A stretch of DNA of 64,000 bases from an uncultured Clostridia bacterium (lineage in GTDB: Bacteria > Bacillota > Clostridia > Oscillospirales > Oscillospiraceae): contig CAMOSU010000001.1 of NCBI GenBank assembly GCA_946625125.1, positions 419 through 64,418 of the forward strand, in the 5' to 3' direction. Of the stretch, positions 52,644-63,700 are shown one piece after another. Within the stretch, counting starts at the first letter, position 1. Each line of letters opens with the position of its first letter. The position numbers were made by a program, and so were the translations under genes. The notes beneath the pieces are model-generated. The model searched no databases. It was not told the origin of the DNA and worked only from the letters and a program-made list of their open reading frames with translations.

Positions 52644-54956
52644 CTAATCCCGCCAGGGATCCCGCACCAAGCCCGCCTTGCTGAACTCCGCAAACAATAC
52701 GTGGGGATTGATGGGGGTTCGGTTCACGGCCACGCCGGTGGCCTGCAAAATCGCGTTGCGGATGGCCGGAGCGGGGGAGCAGGTGGGGGGCTCGCCCAGG
52801 GCCTTGGTGCCGTAGGGAGAGGTGGGCTCCGGGTTCTGGATGAAGTCTGCCTCCAGCCTGGGATGATCCATAAAGGTGGAAAGCTTGTAGTCCAGCAGAT
52901 TGTTGTTCAGGGGCTTGCCGGTTTTCTCGTCAAAGAGAAGCTGCTCCGAAAGGCCAAAGCCGATGCCCATGGACTGCCCCCCGTGGACCTGGGCCTCCGC
53001 CAGAGCGGGGTTGATGAGATTGCCGCAGTCGTGGACGTTGACGATCCGCTTTACCTGGGCCTTGCACATGGGAATGTCCACCTCCACCTCCACGAAGCTG
53101 CAGCCGAAGGAATAGGCGTTGTTGCGGATGGTGTAGGTGCTCTCAGCGGTGATGTGCTCGGAGTGGACCGGGTTGTACTGGGCCGTCATGGCCAGCTCCT
53201 TCAGGCTCATGAGCAAGGCGCCGTCCGTCTTGCGGACGATGTTGCCCTCCAGGATGTCCATGCAGTCCGGACTCTGCCGGGTGATCTCCTGGGCGTATTT
53301 CAAAATCTTTTCCTTCAAAAGTCCCGCGGTCTGCCGGATGGAGAAGCCCGCCACATAGGTCTGCCGGGAGGCGTAGGCTCCCAGGCCCGTGGGGGTGATG
53401 TCCGTGTCCTGGCAAGAGACCACCCGCACGTCCCGATAGCTGGCCAGGCCCAGGGCCTCGGCGGTCATCTGGGCGTAGGCGGTGTCCGCTCCCTGGCCGA
53501 TTTCCGTTTCGCCGCACTGCATGGTGACGGTGCCGTCCAGATTCAGCAGCATCCGGTTGGAGGAGGTCTCCAGGGAGATGGGGTATACCGCCGTGTTGTA
53601 CCAGAAGGTAGCCATGCCGATGCCCCGGCGGATGGGGCCGGTGTCGTGGCTGTATTCCTCCCGTTTCCGTTCATAGTCCATCAGCTCGGCGCCCCGGGCC
53701 ATACACTGGCGGAAGCTGTCGTAATAATTGGTGTTGCCGGAGAACTTGTCATGGAAGCCCTGGGGCATGATGTTCCGGCGGCGGAATTCCATGGGCTCCA
53801 TCCCCAGGACTCTGGCGCAGTCGTCGATGTTGCTCTCGTCGGCAAAGCTGGCCTGGGGCATGCCGTAGCCCCGCATGGCTCCCGCCGCGGGCCGGTTGGT
53901 AAACACCGTCCAGGCGTCTCCCTCGAAGTGCTGGCAGGGGTAGTGCTGGGGGAAGGAATTCAGCGCCTTGGCGGCGATGGAATGCCCGTGGGAGGCGTAA
54001 GCGCCCTGATTGGACCAAAGCTCCACCTTTCGGGCGTAGATGCTGCCCTCCGGCCGCAGCCAGGTGACGATGTGGAAGCGGATGGCGTGGCGGACCCGGT
54101 TGGAAACGAAGGTTTCCTCCCGGGAGCAGTCGATGCGCACGGGGCGTCCGCCCATCTGTACAGAGCACCAGGCGCACAGGGGCTCGTAGAGCACGTCCTG
54201 CTTATTGCCGAAGCCGCCGCCGATGTAGGGCTTGATGATCTGAATATCCCCCCAGGGCCGACCCAGAGCCTGGCCCACCACCCGGCGGACGATGTGGGGA
54301 ATCTGGGTGGAGCTCACCACGGTGATCCGCCCATTTTCCATGTAGGCGAAGCAGCCGTGGTTTTCGATGTGGGCGTGCTGCACCGTGGGGGTCTCATACC
54401 AGCCCTCCACCTTGATGAGCCCCGGCTCCTGAATGGCGGCGGCGTAGCTGCCTGTTTTATTTTCGCTGTGCTTGAGGATGTTGTTGGAAAAACGCTCATG
54501 GAGCTGAGGAGCGCCGGGCTCCATGGCCTTTTGGGCGTCCAGCACAAAGGGAAGCTCCTCATATTCCACCTTCAAGGCCCGGACGCCCTGGCTGGCAGCC
54601 ACCTCGTTTTCCGCGATGACCACAGCGATGTCGTCCCCCCAATAGCGGACGTGCCGGTTCAGAAGCAGGCGGTCCGCCACGTCCTGATGCTCCGGGTTCA
54701 TGGACCAGGGATGACCGGCGGTGGGGAAGGGGAGCTCCGGCACGTCAAAGCAGGTCAGGACCTTCACCACTCCCTCAATGGCCTCCGCCTCGGAGCAGTC
54801 GATGGAGCGCACCATGGCGTGGGCCTTTTCCGCGTGCTTGACCCGGGCGTAGAGGGCCTCCGGCGGCATCCGATCCTCATAGTATTTGGTCCGGCCTGTG
54901 GCCTTGTCGTAGCCGTCAATTCGGACCTCGCTCTTGCCGACTTGATTCATAATCAT
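52644..54956 (-). CDS. Xanthine dehydrogenase/aldehyde oxidase-family molybdopterin-binding large subunit
   Basis: 770 aa. It has the N-terminal VGKSEVRIDGYDKATGRTKY and the a/b-hammerhead region, plus GGGFGNK, RGYGMPQ and a C-terminal ALGEPPTCSPAPAIRNAI. Confidence 0.88.
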   Translation of the reverse strand: MIMNQVGKSEVRIDGYDKATGRTKYYEDRMPPEALYARVKHAEKAHAMVRSIDCSEAEAIEGVVKVLTCFDVPELPFPTAGHPWSMNPEHQDVADRLLLNRHVRYWGDDIAVVIAENEVAASQGVRALKVEYEELPFVLDAQKAMEPGAPQLHERFSNNILKHSENKTGSYAAAIQEPGLIKVEGWYETPTVQHAHIENHGCFAYMENGRITVVSSTQIPHIVRRVVGQALGRPWGDIQIIKPYIGGGFGNKQDVLYEPLCAWCSVQMGGRPVRIDCSREETFVSNRVRHAIRFHIVTWLRPEGSIYARKVELWSNQGAYASHGHSIAAKALNSFPQHYPCQHFEGDAWTVFTNRPAAGAMRGYGMPQASFADESNIDDCARVLGMEPMEFRRRNIMPQGFHDKFSGNTNYYDSFRQCMARGAELMDYERKREEYSHDTGPIRRGIGMATFWYNTAVYPISLETSSNRMLLNLDGTVTMQCGETEIGQGADTAYAQMTAEALGLASYRDVRVVSCQDTDITPTGLGAYASRQTYVAGFSIRQTAGLLKEKILKYAQEITRQSPDCMDILEGNIVRKTDGALLMSLKELAMTAQYNPVHSEHITAESTYTIRNNAYSFGCSFVEVEVDIPMCKAQVKRIVNVHDCGNLINPALAEAQVHGGQSMGIGFGLSEQLLFDEKTGKPLNNNLLDYKLSTFMDHPRLEADFIQNPEPTSPYGTKALGEPPTCSPAPAIRNAILQATGVAVNRTPINPHVLFAEFSKAGLVRDPWRD

Positions 54957-55092
54957 ACCCGCCTCCTTGTATCGGCGTATACTTATACAGGTCTATTGTA
55001 GCACAAGCCGCAAAAATAGTACAGCCCTTTTTTCGGAAAAATATGTGAAATTGGGGGCGGAGCCTCAGCCGGACAAATTCTGATTTCCCGGC

Positions 55093-55121
55093 TTGACAGC
55101 CGGAGCTCTGGCTGGTAAAGT
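55093..55121 (+). promoter_or_regulatory. Candidate promoter for the MocA-like gene
   Basis: TTGACA (55093..55098), a 17-nt spacer, then TAAAGT (55116..55121), with the ATG at 55143. Confidence 0.35.
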
Positions 55122-55142
55122 AATAGGGGAGGAGGGAGAAGC

Positions 55143-55718
55143 ATGCGGATTGGCTGTGTGATCCTGGCAGCGGGGAGCTCCCGCCGCTTTGGGGAGAACA
55201 AGCTCCTGGCGATGTATGAAGGAAAATCCCTCATCCAGCGCTGCTTTGAGGCGCTTCCGGCGCGTTTGCCCGGCCCCGCGGCCGTGGTAACCCAGTATGA
55301 CGCCGTGGAGGCGATGGCGGGGAACTACGGCGTTTCGGTGATCCGAAACACCGCCCCGGAGCTGGGAATCAGTCATTCCGTGGCCCTGGGGACCCAAGCC
55401 CTGGGGGCGGACTGCCGGGGACTGCTGTTTCTGGTGGCGGATCAGCCCCTGCTGCGGCAGGCCACGGTGGAAGGACTGCTGCGCTGCTTCGCGGCGGACC
55501 CGGAACGGATTGTGGTACCCACCGGGGCGGGAAGACAGGGCAATCCCTGCGTGTTCCCCCGGGCGTTGTTTCCCGAGCTGGAGGCCTTGAGGGGAGATCG
55601 GGGCGGCAAGCAGATCATCCGCCGGTACCCGGAGCTGGTTCTGGAGTATCCCATTCCACCCCTGGAGCTGCTGGACGTGGACAGGGTCGCTGACCTGCAA
55701 ATCCTTCCCCGCCCGTGA
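55143..55718 (+). CDS. MobA-like NTP transferase (MocA-type molybdenum cofactor cytidylyltransferase candidate)
   Basis: 191 aa with N-terminal VILAAGSSRRFGENKLL and internal LVADQPLL. It is divergent from the molybdoenzyme operon. Confidence 0.7.
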   Translation: MRIGCVILAAGSSRRFGENKLLAMYEGKSLIQRCFEALPARLPGPAAVVTQYDAVEAMAGNYGVSVIRNTAPELGISHSVALGTQALGADCRGLLFLVADQPLLRQATVEGLLRCFAADPERIVVPTGAGRQGNPCVFPRALFPELEALRGDRGGKQIIRRYPELVLEYPIPPLELLDVDRVADLQILPRP

Positions 55719-55814
55719 TTTACGCCGCCGAATGGATTCCCGCCGGAAAAAACCCTGTACATTTGGGAAATCCTGTGGTATAATAACGCGAAAACTTTGG
55801 AAAGGATGATTCCT

Positions 55815-56486
55815 ATGAGCATCTCTCTGACCCCAGCCGAAATGGCAAAGTATATCGACCATACCTATCTCAAGCCCCAGGCCAGCGCGGAGGACATTCG
55901 CCGGATCTGCGCCGAGGCCAAGGCCATGAACACCGCCTCCGTCTGCGTGAACCCCTGCTGGATCAAGCTGGTGGCCCAGGAGCTGGCCGGTACCGATGTG
56001 ACCCCCTGCTGCGTCGTGGGCTTCCCTCTGGGGGCCAATACCCCCAACGTCAAGGCCTTTGAGGCCGCCGAAGCCGTGGCCAACGGCGCGGGCGAGGTGG
56101 ACATGGTGATCAACGTGGGCGCCGTGAAGTCCGGGGATTGGGCCCTGGTGGAGCGGGACATTGCCGCCGTAGTCACTGCCGTGGACGGCGAAGCCAAGGT
56201 TAAGGTCATCATTGAGACCTGCCTGCTCAGCGACGAAGAAAAGGTGCTGGCCTGTCAGGCCGCCCAGCGGGTGGGCGCGGATTTCGTCAAGACCTCCACG
56301 GGCTTCTCCACCGGCGGCGCCACCGCCGCGGACGTCAGGCTGATGCGCCAGACCGTCGGCCCCGAGATGGGGGTCAAGGCCTCCGGCGGCGTGCGGAGCT
56401 ATGAAGACGCCGTTGCCATGATCGAGGCAGGCGCCTCCCGCCTGGGGGCCTCCTCCGGCAAGGCCATCATTGAAGGCTGCAAATAA
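55815..56486 (+). CDS. deoC: Deoxyribose-phosphate aldolase
   Basis: ORF 55797..56486, start M7 ([21 protein letters not shown]). It has VCVNP, GFPLGA, EVDMVIN and the Schiff-base lysine context DFVKTSTGF, plus VKASGGVR. Confidence 0.9.
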   Translation: MSISLTPAEMAKYIDHTYLKPQASAEDIRRICAEAKAMNTASVCVNPCWIKLVAQELAGTDVTPCCVVGFPLGANTPNVKAFEAAEAVANGAGEVDMVINVGAVKSGDWALVERDIAAVVTAVDGEAKVKVIIETCLLSDEEKVLACQAAQRVGADFVKTSTGFSTGGATAADVRLMRQTVGPEMGVKASGGVRSYEDAVAMIEAGASRLGASSGKAIIEGCK

Positions 56487-56515
56487 GCCGTCACCCAGGA
56501 GGCAGCAAGCAAGCT

Positions 56516-56547
56516 GTCATTCTGAGCGAAGCGAAGAATCCGTACCC
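56516..56547 (+). repeat. Repeat family B element (short form)
   Basis: GTCATTCTGAGCGAAGCGAAGAATCCGTACCC, between deoC and tpiA. Confidence 0.7.
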
Positions 56548-56587
56548 TGAGATATCATATTATATATAATGTAAGGAGAATGAAACC

Positions 56588-57331
56588 ATGAGAAATCCCA
56601 TGATCGCAGGCAACTGGAAGATGAACAAGACCCCCTCGGAGACCAAGGCACTGATTGAGGACCTGAAGCAGATCGAGAACCGTTCCGGCGCGGAAGTGGT
56701 GGTTTGCCCCATGACCGTCTGTCTGTCCACAGCCGCCGAGGCCCTGAAGGGCAGCAAAATCCACCTGGGAGCCCAGAACGTCCACTTCGCGGAAAACGGC
56801 GCCTACACAGGCGAGTGCAATGCCGCCTCCCTGAAGGAGCTGGGGGTGGAGTACGTCATCATCGGCCACTCCGAGCGCCGCCAGTATTTTGCCGAGACCG
56901 ACGTCACCGTGAACCAGCGGACCCTGAAGGCTCTGGAAGCCGGCCTGAAGCCCATTGTTTGCGTGGGCGAGAGCCTGGAGCAGAAGCAGCAGGGCATCAC
57001 CAACGAAGTGGTCTGCATGCAGACCAAGGTGGCCCTCCTGAACGTGGGGGAGAAGATCGACGACGTGGTGATTGCCTATGAGCCTGTCTGGGCCATCGGC
57101 ACCGGCCTCACTGCCACCCCCGAGGACGCCAACGCCACCATCGGCGCCATTCGCGGCGCCATTCGGGAGGTCTTTGGGGAGGCCGCGGATCGGGTTCGCA
57201 TCCTCTACGGCGGCTCCATGAACGACAAGAACGCCCATGACCTCATGGCGCAGCCTGAGATCGACGGCGGCCTCATCGGCGGCGCGTCCCTGGCTGCCGC
57301 CAAGTTCACCGGCGTCATCAACTTCAACTGA
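56588..57331 (+). CDS. tpiA: Triosephosphate isomerase
   Basis: 247 aa with MIAGNWKMNKT, IIGHSERR, AYEPVWAIGTG and YGGS motifs. Confidence 0.93.
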   Translation: MRNPMIAGNWKMNKTPSETKALIEDLKQIENRSGAEVVVCPMTVCLSTAAEALKGSKIHLGAQNVHFAENGAYTGECNAASLKELGVEYVIIGHSERRQYFAETDVTVNQRTLKALEAGLKPIVCVGESLEQKQQGITNEVVCMQTKVALLNVGEKIDDVVIAYEPVWAIGTGLTATPEDANATIGAIRGAIREVFGEAADRVRILYGGSMNDKNAHDLMAQPEIDGGLIGGASLAAAKFTGVINFN

Positions 57332-57421
57332 ATCCCGATTCTCCCGGGCCGGGGACAAGAAGCCGCGGCCGGATAATTGATCAATGATTCATACTTGATC
57401 CTTTAAGAAACACCCATAAGA

Positions 57422-57461
57422 AACCCGCGAACGGTTTGCCAAAACCCTTCGCGGGTTTTTT
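57422..57461 (+). terminator. Rho-independent terminator after tpiA
   Basis: AACCCGCGAACGG-TTTGCCAAAA-CCCTTCGCGGGTT followed by TTTTTC. Confidence 0.65.
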
Positions 57462-57606
57462 CTATATCTTGTGGTCCCATACGAAACCCGACGGAAAATA
57501 TACGATTGCACAAGTCAAAATTAACAAAACAATCCAAAATATGAAGCCATAAAATGTATAAATTGCTCAAAATAGAAGCGATATTAATTATTTGTTAAAA
57601 ATTAAC

Positions 57607-57635
57607 TTGCAAAACAAAAGTATTAGATGTAAAAT
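57607..57635 (+). promoter_or_regulatory. Candidate promoter of the giant surface-protein gene in an AT-rich upstream tract
   Basis: TTGCAA, a 17-nt spacer, then TAAAAT. The surrounding 57480..57700 is conspicuously AT-rich for this genome. The RBS AAAGGGG lies 8-10 nt before ATG 57709. Confidence 0.4.
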
Positions 57636-57708
57636 CTTAATGATATTAAGATCCGATACTTTGAGGAAGTGTAATCTCGTGAGATTTCATAAGAAAGGGG
57701 AAACAACA

Positions 57709-60700
57709 ATGACTCACAAGCTCACTCGTTTGACCGCACTGATGCTTGCCATCGTCATGACAGTCTCCATGCTGCTGATCCCCGTTGAAGCGGCGTCCTT
57801 CCGGGACGTAAGCGACAACGCATGGTATTCTGCGGCGGTGGACTACGTACATGAGAACGGATGGATGGCGGGCGTCAGCGAGACCTCCTTCGCGCCGAAC
57901 CTGGAGGTCACCCGCGGCATGTTCGTCACGGTTCTCGCCCGTTACGCCCAGGCGGAAACGGACAACGGGAACTCCGCCTTTACCGACACCCCGGCGGGGA
58001 GCTGGTTCACCGGCGCCGCGGCCTGGGCCGCGGAGCAGGGTCTGGCCTCCGGCGTGGGCGGCGGCAAGTTCGCCCCCAACCGGGTGATCACCCGGCAGGA
58101 TCTCTGCGCGATTCTGTACAAGTACATCGAAAAGCAGGAGCTGACTCTGGCCGCGGAGAACGAGCGCAGCTTCACGGACTTTGACGCCGTTTCGGACTAT
58201 GCCCGGGACGCGGTGAGCTACTGCGCGGCGGCGGGCCTGGTGGCAGGCTACGACGACGGCAGCTTCCATCCCACGGACACCGCCACCCGCGCCCAGCTCG
58301 CGGCCATTCTCATGCGGCTGGATCTGCTGGTGAAGGGGGAGGAGGCTCCCACGGAGCCCATGCCCGCCCAGAGCTTTGAGGGCGGCGAGGAAAGCGCCAT
58401 GACCGTCAGCGTGGAGGCCCCCGAGGGCGCTCTGCCTGAAAACACCCAGATGACCGTCAAGCCTGTCACCAATAAGGCCTCTTTGGCTGTCATTGAGTCC
58501 CAGGTCAACGGCGACGTGCTGGCTGCCGCGGACATTGTATTTTCCAAGGACGACGCCAAGATCGAGCCCGCCGCCGAGGTGGAGGTTCAGATCGGCATGG
58601 AGGGGCTGGAGGAGCTTCAGAACCCCATGGTGGTCCACGTCAAGGAAGACTGCACGGTAGAATACGTCAACGCCGCCCTGGTGAGCATCAACCGCTCCGG
58701 CTCTGAGAAGGCCCTGCGCTTTATGGCCAAGGACTTCTCTGTTTACGCCGTGGTGGACGGTGACACCAACAACGACAGCTCCCGTCTCGTTGTGAAGATC
58801 TGGAAGCGCAACCCGTCGAACACCGCCTACGTCGTGGACAAGGAAATCCTTGTGACCCGGCAGGATGTGAACAGACTTGCCAGCATCATTCCCGACGGCG
58901 AGACTCCCACGGCCACCGGAAAGGAGATCTTCTGCGGCTGGTATCTGGACACCCAGAGCTTCAACGGCGGCGCCAACGAGCCCCGTTATACCACCGAGGA
59001 TGTGGACGGAAGGCACACCATGGACAAAGTCCGGGAGGACATCAGGGCGCTGCTGGAGGATCCCAGCTTTGTGATCTCCGATTCCGACACCACCGTACAC
59101 GTCTATCCCATGATCTACAACTATTTCGTCACCACCCTGGTGGACGAAAACGGTGAGACCACCTTCGATACCAATGTGATCTTCACCAAGGAAAGCACCG
59201 CCAGCTACACCCCCAACTACGTGTATACGCCCTATGTGGGCGGCTACCGCTTCATCGGCTGGCAGAAGGACGACGGCGATCCCACGGTCTATGCCAACGG
59301 CGAGTCCGCCAATCTGACTGAGCAGACCACGGTCTTCCGTGCCCAGGTCCAGAAGGGCTACTGGCTGTCCTTCAACGAGAACCCCGACAACAATCACAGC
59401 GGAGCCAGCTATTCGCCTCCCGTATTCTGCGTGGACGGCGCCGTCAGCTCCTCCGACCGGCCCAACAATCCCACCCTGCCCGGCTATAACTTCGACGGCT
59501 GGTACACGGACCAGAGCTATACCACCAAGTTCAACTTCAACCAGACCATCGAGGCCGACACCACCGTCTACGCCCACTGGACTGCCAAGACCAAGGTTGG
59601 CTATACGGTCATTGTCTGGAGGCAGAGCGTGGAGGATCTGAAGACCTACACCGACGCCCAGAAGACCTATGACTACGCCTTTTCCTACACGGTTCCCGAC
59701 AGTCAAGGCGTCGCCCCCGGCACCGCGGTCTCCTCACTGGATCTGAGCTACTATAAGACTACCCATTCTTATACAGATTCCGATGGGGATACCCACGAAA
59801 ACCAGATCAACACCCAACCCGACGGAAATGGAAGCTGGTATAGCTTCTATGGCTTTAAGTACAACAATACCCAGACCGCCAAGAGCGGCAGCGGCGACGT
59901 GAGCATCGGCGGCGGCGTCGTAGCCAACTCCTCTACGGTCAACATTGCTGGCAACACCGTCATCAACCTGTACTGGGACCGCGAGCTAATTGAAATCACA
60001 TTCTACACCAAGCCATACATCGCGTACACGGGGACGAACAGCTCCTCTCTCCTCAACTCGAGTTCTACAATTTACTATATCAAGCACAACACGTATGGTT
60101 ACTGTCCGATTCGGTATTATAGCTCTTCTTACCAAGCTATTTACATTCCCACAACTGATTCCTACAGCACAACATCTACTCAATGCGGTATCGTTGACGG
60201 AACTTGGTATGAGCTTATTTGGCGTCAGCACAGTACCACTGGTGAGTACTATTGGGCATATAAGATCAACACGACCTATTATCGCTACGGTGATGTAAGG
60301 TATAAGTATTACACTTATGGTAGTTATACAAACTATTATTGGTACTACATTGGCGATTGGACGGAACGTGATACTTATACAGGCTTGTACGGACAGCGTC
60401 TGAAGTATGCCGGTTACACCTGGCCCACGGATTACCGGTGGTATACTGCGATTGGGGGAACTAGTTTCATCAGTATCCTGGACACATTTTCTTTTAGCCA
60501 AAACGAGAATCCCACAAATAATAATCATACCGATTTCTACGGCTACAGTGAAAATTTCGATACCAAGGTTTATCATTTCCTGATGGATGAAGATGGCAAC
60601 TGGCCGAGTACCGCAGAATATCCAATACCGACCATAGTTGGCAACGGTATGACATTCAGATCCTTCCAGGGCTTCTCCGTTTATCAGTTCCGTGTTGCTC

Positions 60701-63700
60701 TGCCTTCCGGCGTTACCAGCTATCAGACCGCGACCGAGATCAGTGAAGACACCTCCGGTGATGATCCTGTCTACACGCTGGTGAATCCGGAAACCCATAC
60801 CCCTACAAACGGATGGACCGACTGGCTTGATTACGGCACTTATCTGGACTACGACGGCAATGACCGATACGAAAACTGGCGGTGGAATGCCACGGAAGGC
60901 GGCATCGAGTTCCGCTACTCCCGCAACAAGTACCGCATCCAGTACATGGTGGGCGGCTACTACAACGACAAGGGAGAGCGCATCTCCGGACCCGTTACCG
61001 GTCTGCTGAAGCGTACCGGGGCGATCTATTACGAAAAGAACATCAGCTCCTACGCGAATTACTATACCGACCCCACGCCCGACATCCATTCCGACGAGTT
61101 TGTCTTCGACAACTGGTACATCGACCCCACCTGCACTCAGCCCTATACCTTTACCAGCACGACCACCATGCCTCTGAACGGCCTGACTCTCTACGCCAAG
61201 TTCGTCCAGAAGGAATACCGGGTCTTTGTCCATCCCAACATTCCCGCCGCGCTTCCCGCCGCGAATGTGGTATGGCCCAACGGCGTCAAGACCAACATGA
61301 AGGTGGACTACATGGATATGGTCGAGGGCGGCAATGAAATCGTCATTCGTGACAGCCGTGAAGATCCCGAATGGGAGCTCATCGGCTGGTACACCGACGC
61401 GGCCTGCACCCAGCTCTACAACTTCGAGACCCGCCTCACCGACGAAACCGTTGTGGACTATGACCAGACGGACGTCACCGACACGGGACCCTACACCGCC
61501 ACCGACGGCGTGGTCTGGGGCAGAAACGGCACGGGCTTCAACAAGGACGCCGCCGAGCATCGCTTCTGGGTCACAGGCAAGCTGGAGCTCTATGCCAAGT
61601 GGAGACGCCGCTTCCCCGGCGCCAACGGCATCCATGTGGATTATCACGCCGTGGAGAACCAGGACGAGACCGGCAAGTTCACGGAGCTGGAGCAGCAGCC
61701 CATCGACTGGACGGATCCTCTGGCCTACACCGCGGACGCCTGGGTCATTGCCCGCTCCGCCTCTACCCCGGACGCACCCGAGGACTATCAGTTCCTCTAC
61801 TGGCAAATCCTGGGGCAGAACGGCGAGCCCTATGTCCTTGAGGATGGAGAAACCCTGGATCCCGCAAAGCTGATCTATCCCGGCCAGGGCTTCCGCCTCT
61901 CCGCGGACGACGCCGAAATGTCTACAATCCAGAACGCTGTCACGGAGCACCAGCACAGCCTGGAGCATTATCCCGCCAGCTCCGCCACCGCAACCTGTAT
62001 GGACGGCAACAGCGAGTACTGGTACTGCGCCGCCTGCGGCAAGTACTTCTCCGACGCCAACGCCAACACTGAGACCAGCTACAGCGCCGTGCTGATTCCC
62101 GGCGACAGCAATCAGCACCAGTTCAGCGATTATATCTCCAACAACGACGGCACCCACTCCAAGACCTGCTCCCGCTGCGGCACAAGAATCACCACCGACT
62201 GCAGCTTCGAGCATGTGGAAACGCCTCCCACCACCACTTCCCAGGGCTATACCACCCATACCTGTACCGTCTGCGGCTACAGCTACGTGGACAGCTACAC
62301 CGATCCTGTCCAGACCACCTACACCGTTACCGCCACTGTCAGCGGCGGCCATGGCAGCGTGTCTCCCGACAGCGCCACGGTGGTGGAGACCCAGGGAACC
62401 AGCTTTACCGCGGCTCCTGACGAGGACTACATGCTTTCCAACGTCACTGTGGCTCCCTCCGACGCGGCTGAGATCAGCTTTGTGGGTGACATCGTAACGG
62501 TGTCCAACGTCACCGCCGACTGCACCGTGACCCTGAGCTTCGCTCCCTCCCAGAGCTATACCGTGATCTATATGGCCAACGGCAGTGAGTTGGATAGGGA
62601 AACCGTGGTGAAGAACGACACTGTTACCCTTCCCGACTCCGCCCCCACCCCCAGCGGCTGTAGCTTCCTGGGCTGGGTGAAAGCGGCGGTTCCCGCCACC
62701 ACCCAGGAGCAGAGCGGCGTCCTGGCTGCCGGCGCTGTCTCCGGCGCCATCACCGCCGACACCACCTTCTATGCCCTCTACTCCTTTGAACGCTCCGCCC
62801 CTGTCACGGCCTATGAGCTGCTGACCGCTGCCCCGGACGACTGGACAGGCAAATATGTGATCACCTACCTGACCACCACCAGTCTTTACGCGGTGAAGGG
62901 CTTGTCCGGCAATACCAACTATGAAAGCACAAGTGCCGGCGCGGTTGCCTATGCCTCCACCGGCATGACCCGCTTCACCCAGGACGGCAAGACCTACCTG
63001 CGCGATGTGAGCAACGATTACGTCTTTACCGCCGCTGCGCGAACAGGCGGCTACTCCCTGCAGAATGTGGCTGCCTCCACCTACCTGGGCAGCTACAACA
63101 ACTCGCTTTACAGCCGCGGCAGCTACAGCGCCTCCTACTGTGTCTGGAGCCTGGATTATGACAGCAGTAACAATTGCATGGTGGTCAGTAACAGCGCCAG
63201 CTCCTCGTATCCTTATCTGGTAAAGGGCTCGAGTTACTATTTTGTTGTGAACTCCAGCTACACCGGAAACAGGACCCAGTTCTGGAAGGAAACCACCGTC
63301 AATACTCGCACCACCTACTATTCCACCACGACGGACGCCAACTATACCGTGACCGCTGTCTCCAACAACAATGCTTACGGCAGCGTGACTCCGGGCTCCG
63401 CCTCCGTCAGCAACGGTGACTCCGTGACCTTCACCGCGGCTCCCGCCGAGGGCTATACCTACGCCAGCCCCGCCTGCACCGTCACAGAAGGCACCGCCAC
63501 AGTGAGCCAGAACGGCAGCGACTTCACCGTCACTCCCAGCAGCAACTGCACCCTTACGGTTAACTTCGCTCCCAAGACCTATACCGTCAACGCCCAGGTG
63601 GATACCGCTTCCCACGGCACAGTTTCCGTCAGCGGCTCCCCGGTGACTCACGGCGGCTCCGCCACCGTCACCTTCACCCCCGCCAGCGGCTACACCCTGG

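Noticed and set aside
55065-55862. A 265-aa minus-strand ORF, together with 56555..57358 (-) and 50934..51662 (+).
   Set aside because: These are antisense to the MocA-like, tpiA and xdh small/medium subunit genes respectively, and their composition is typical of shadow ORFs.
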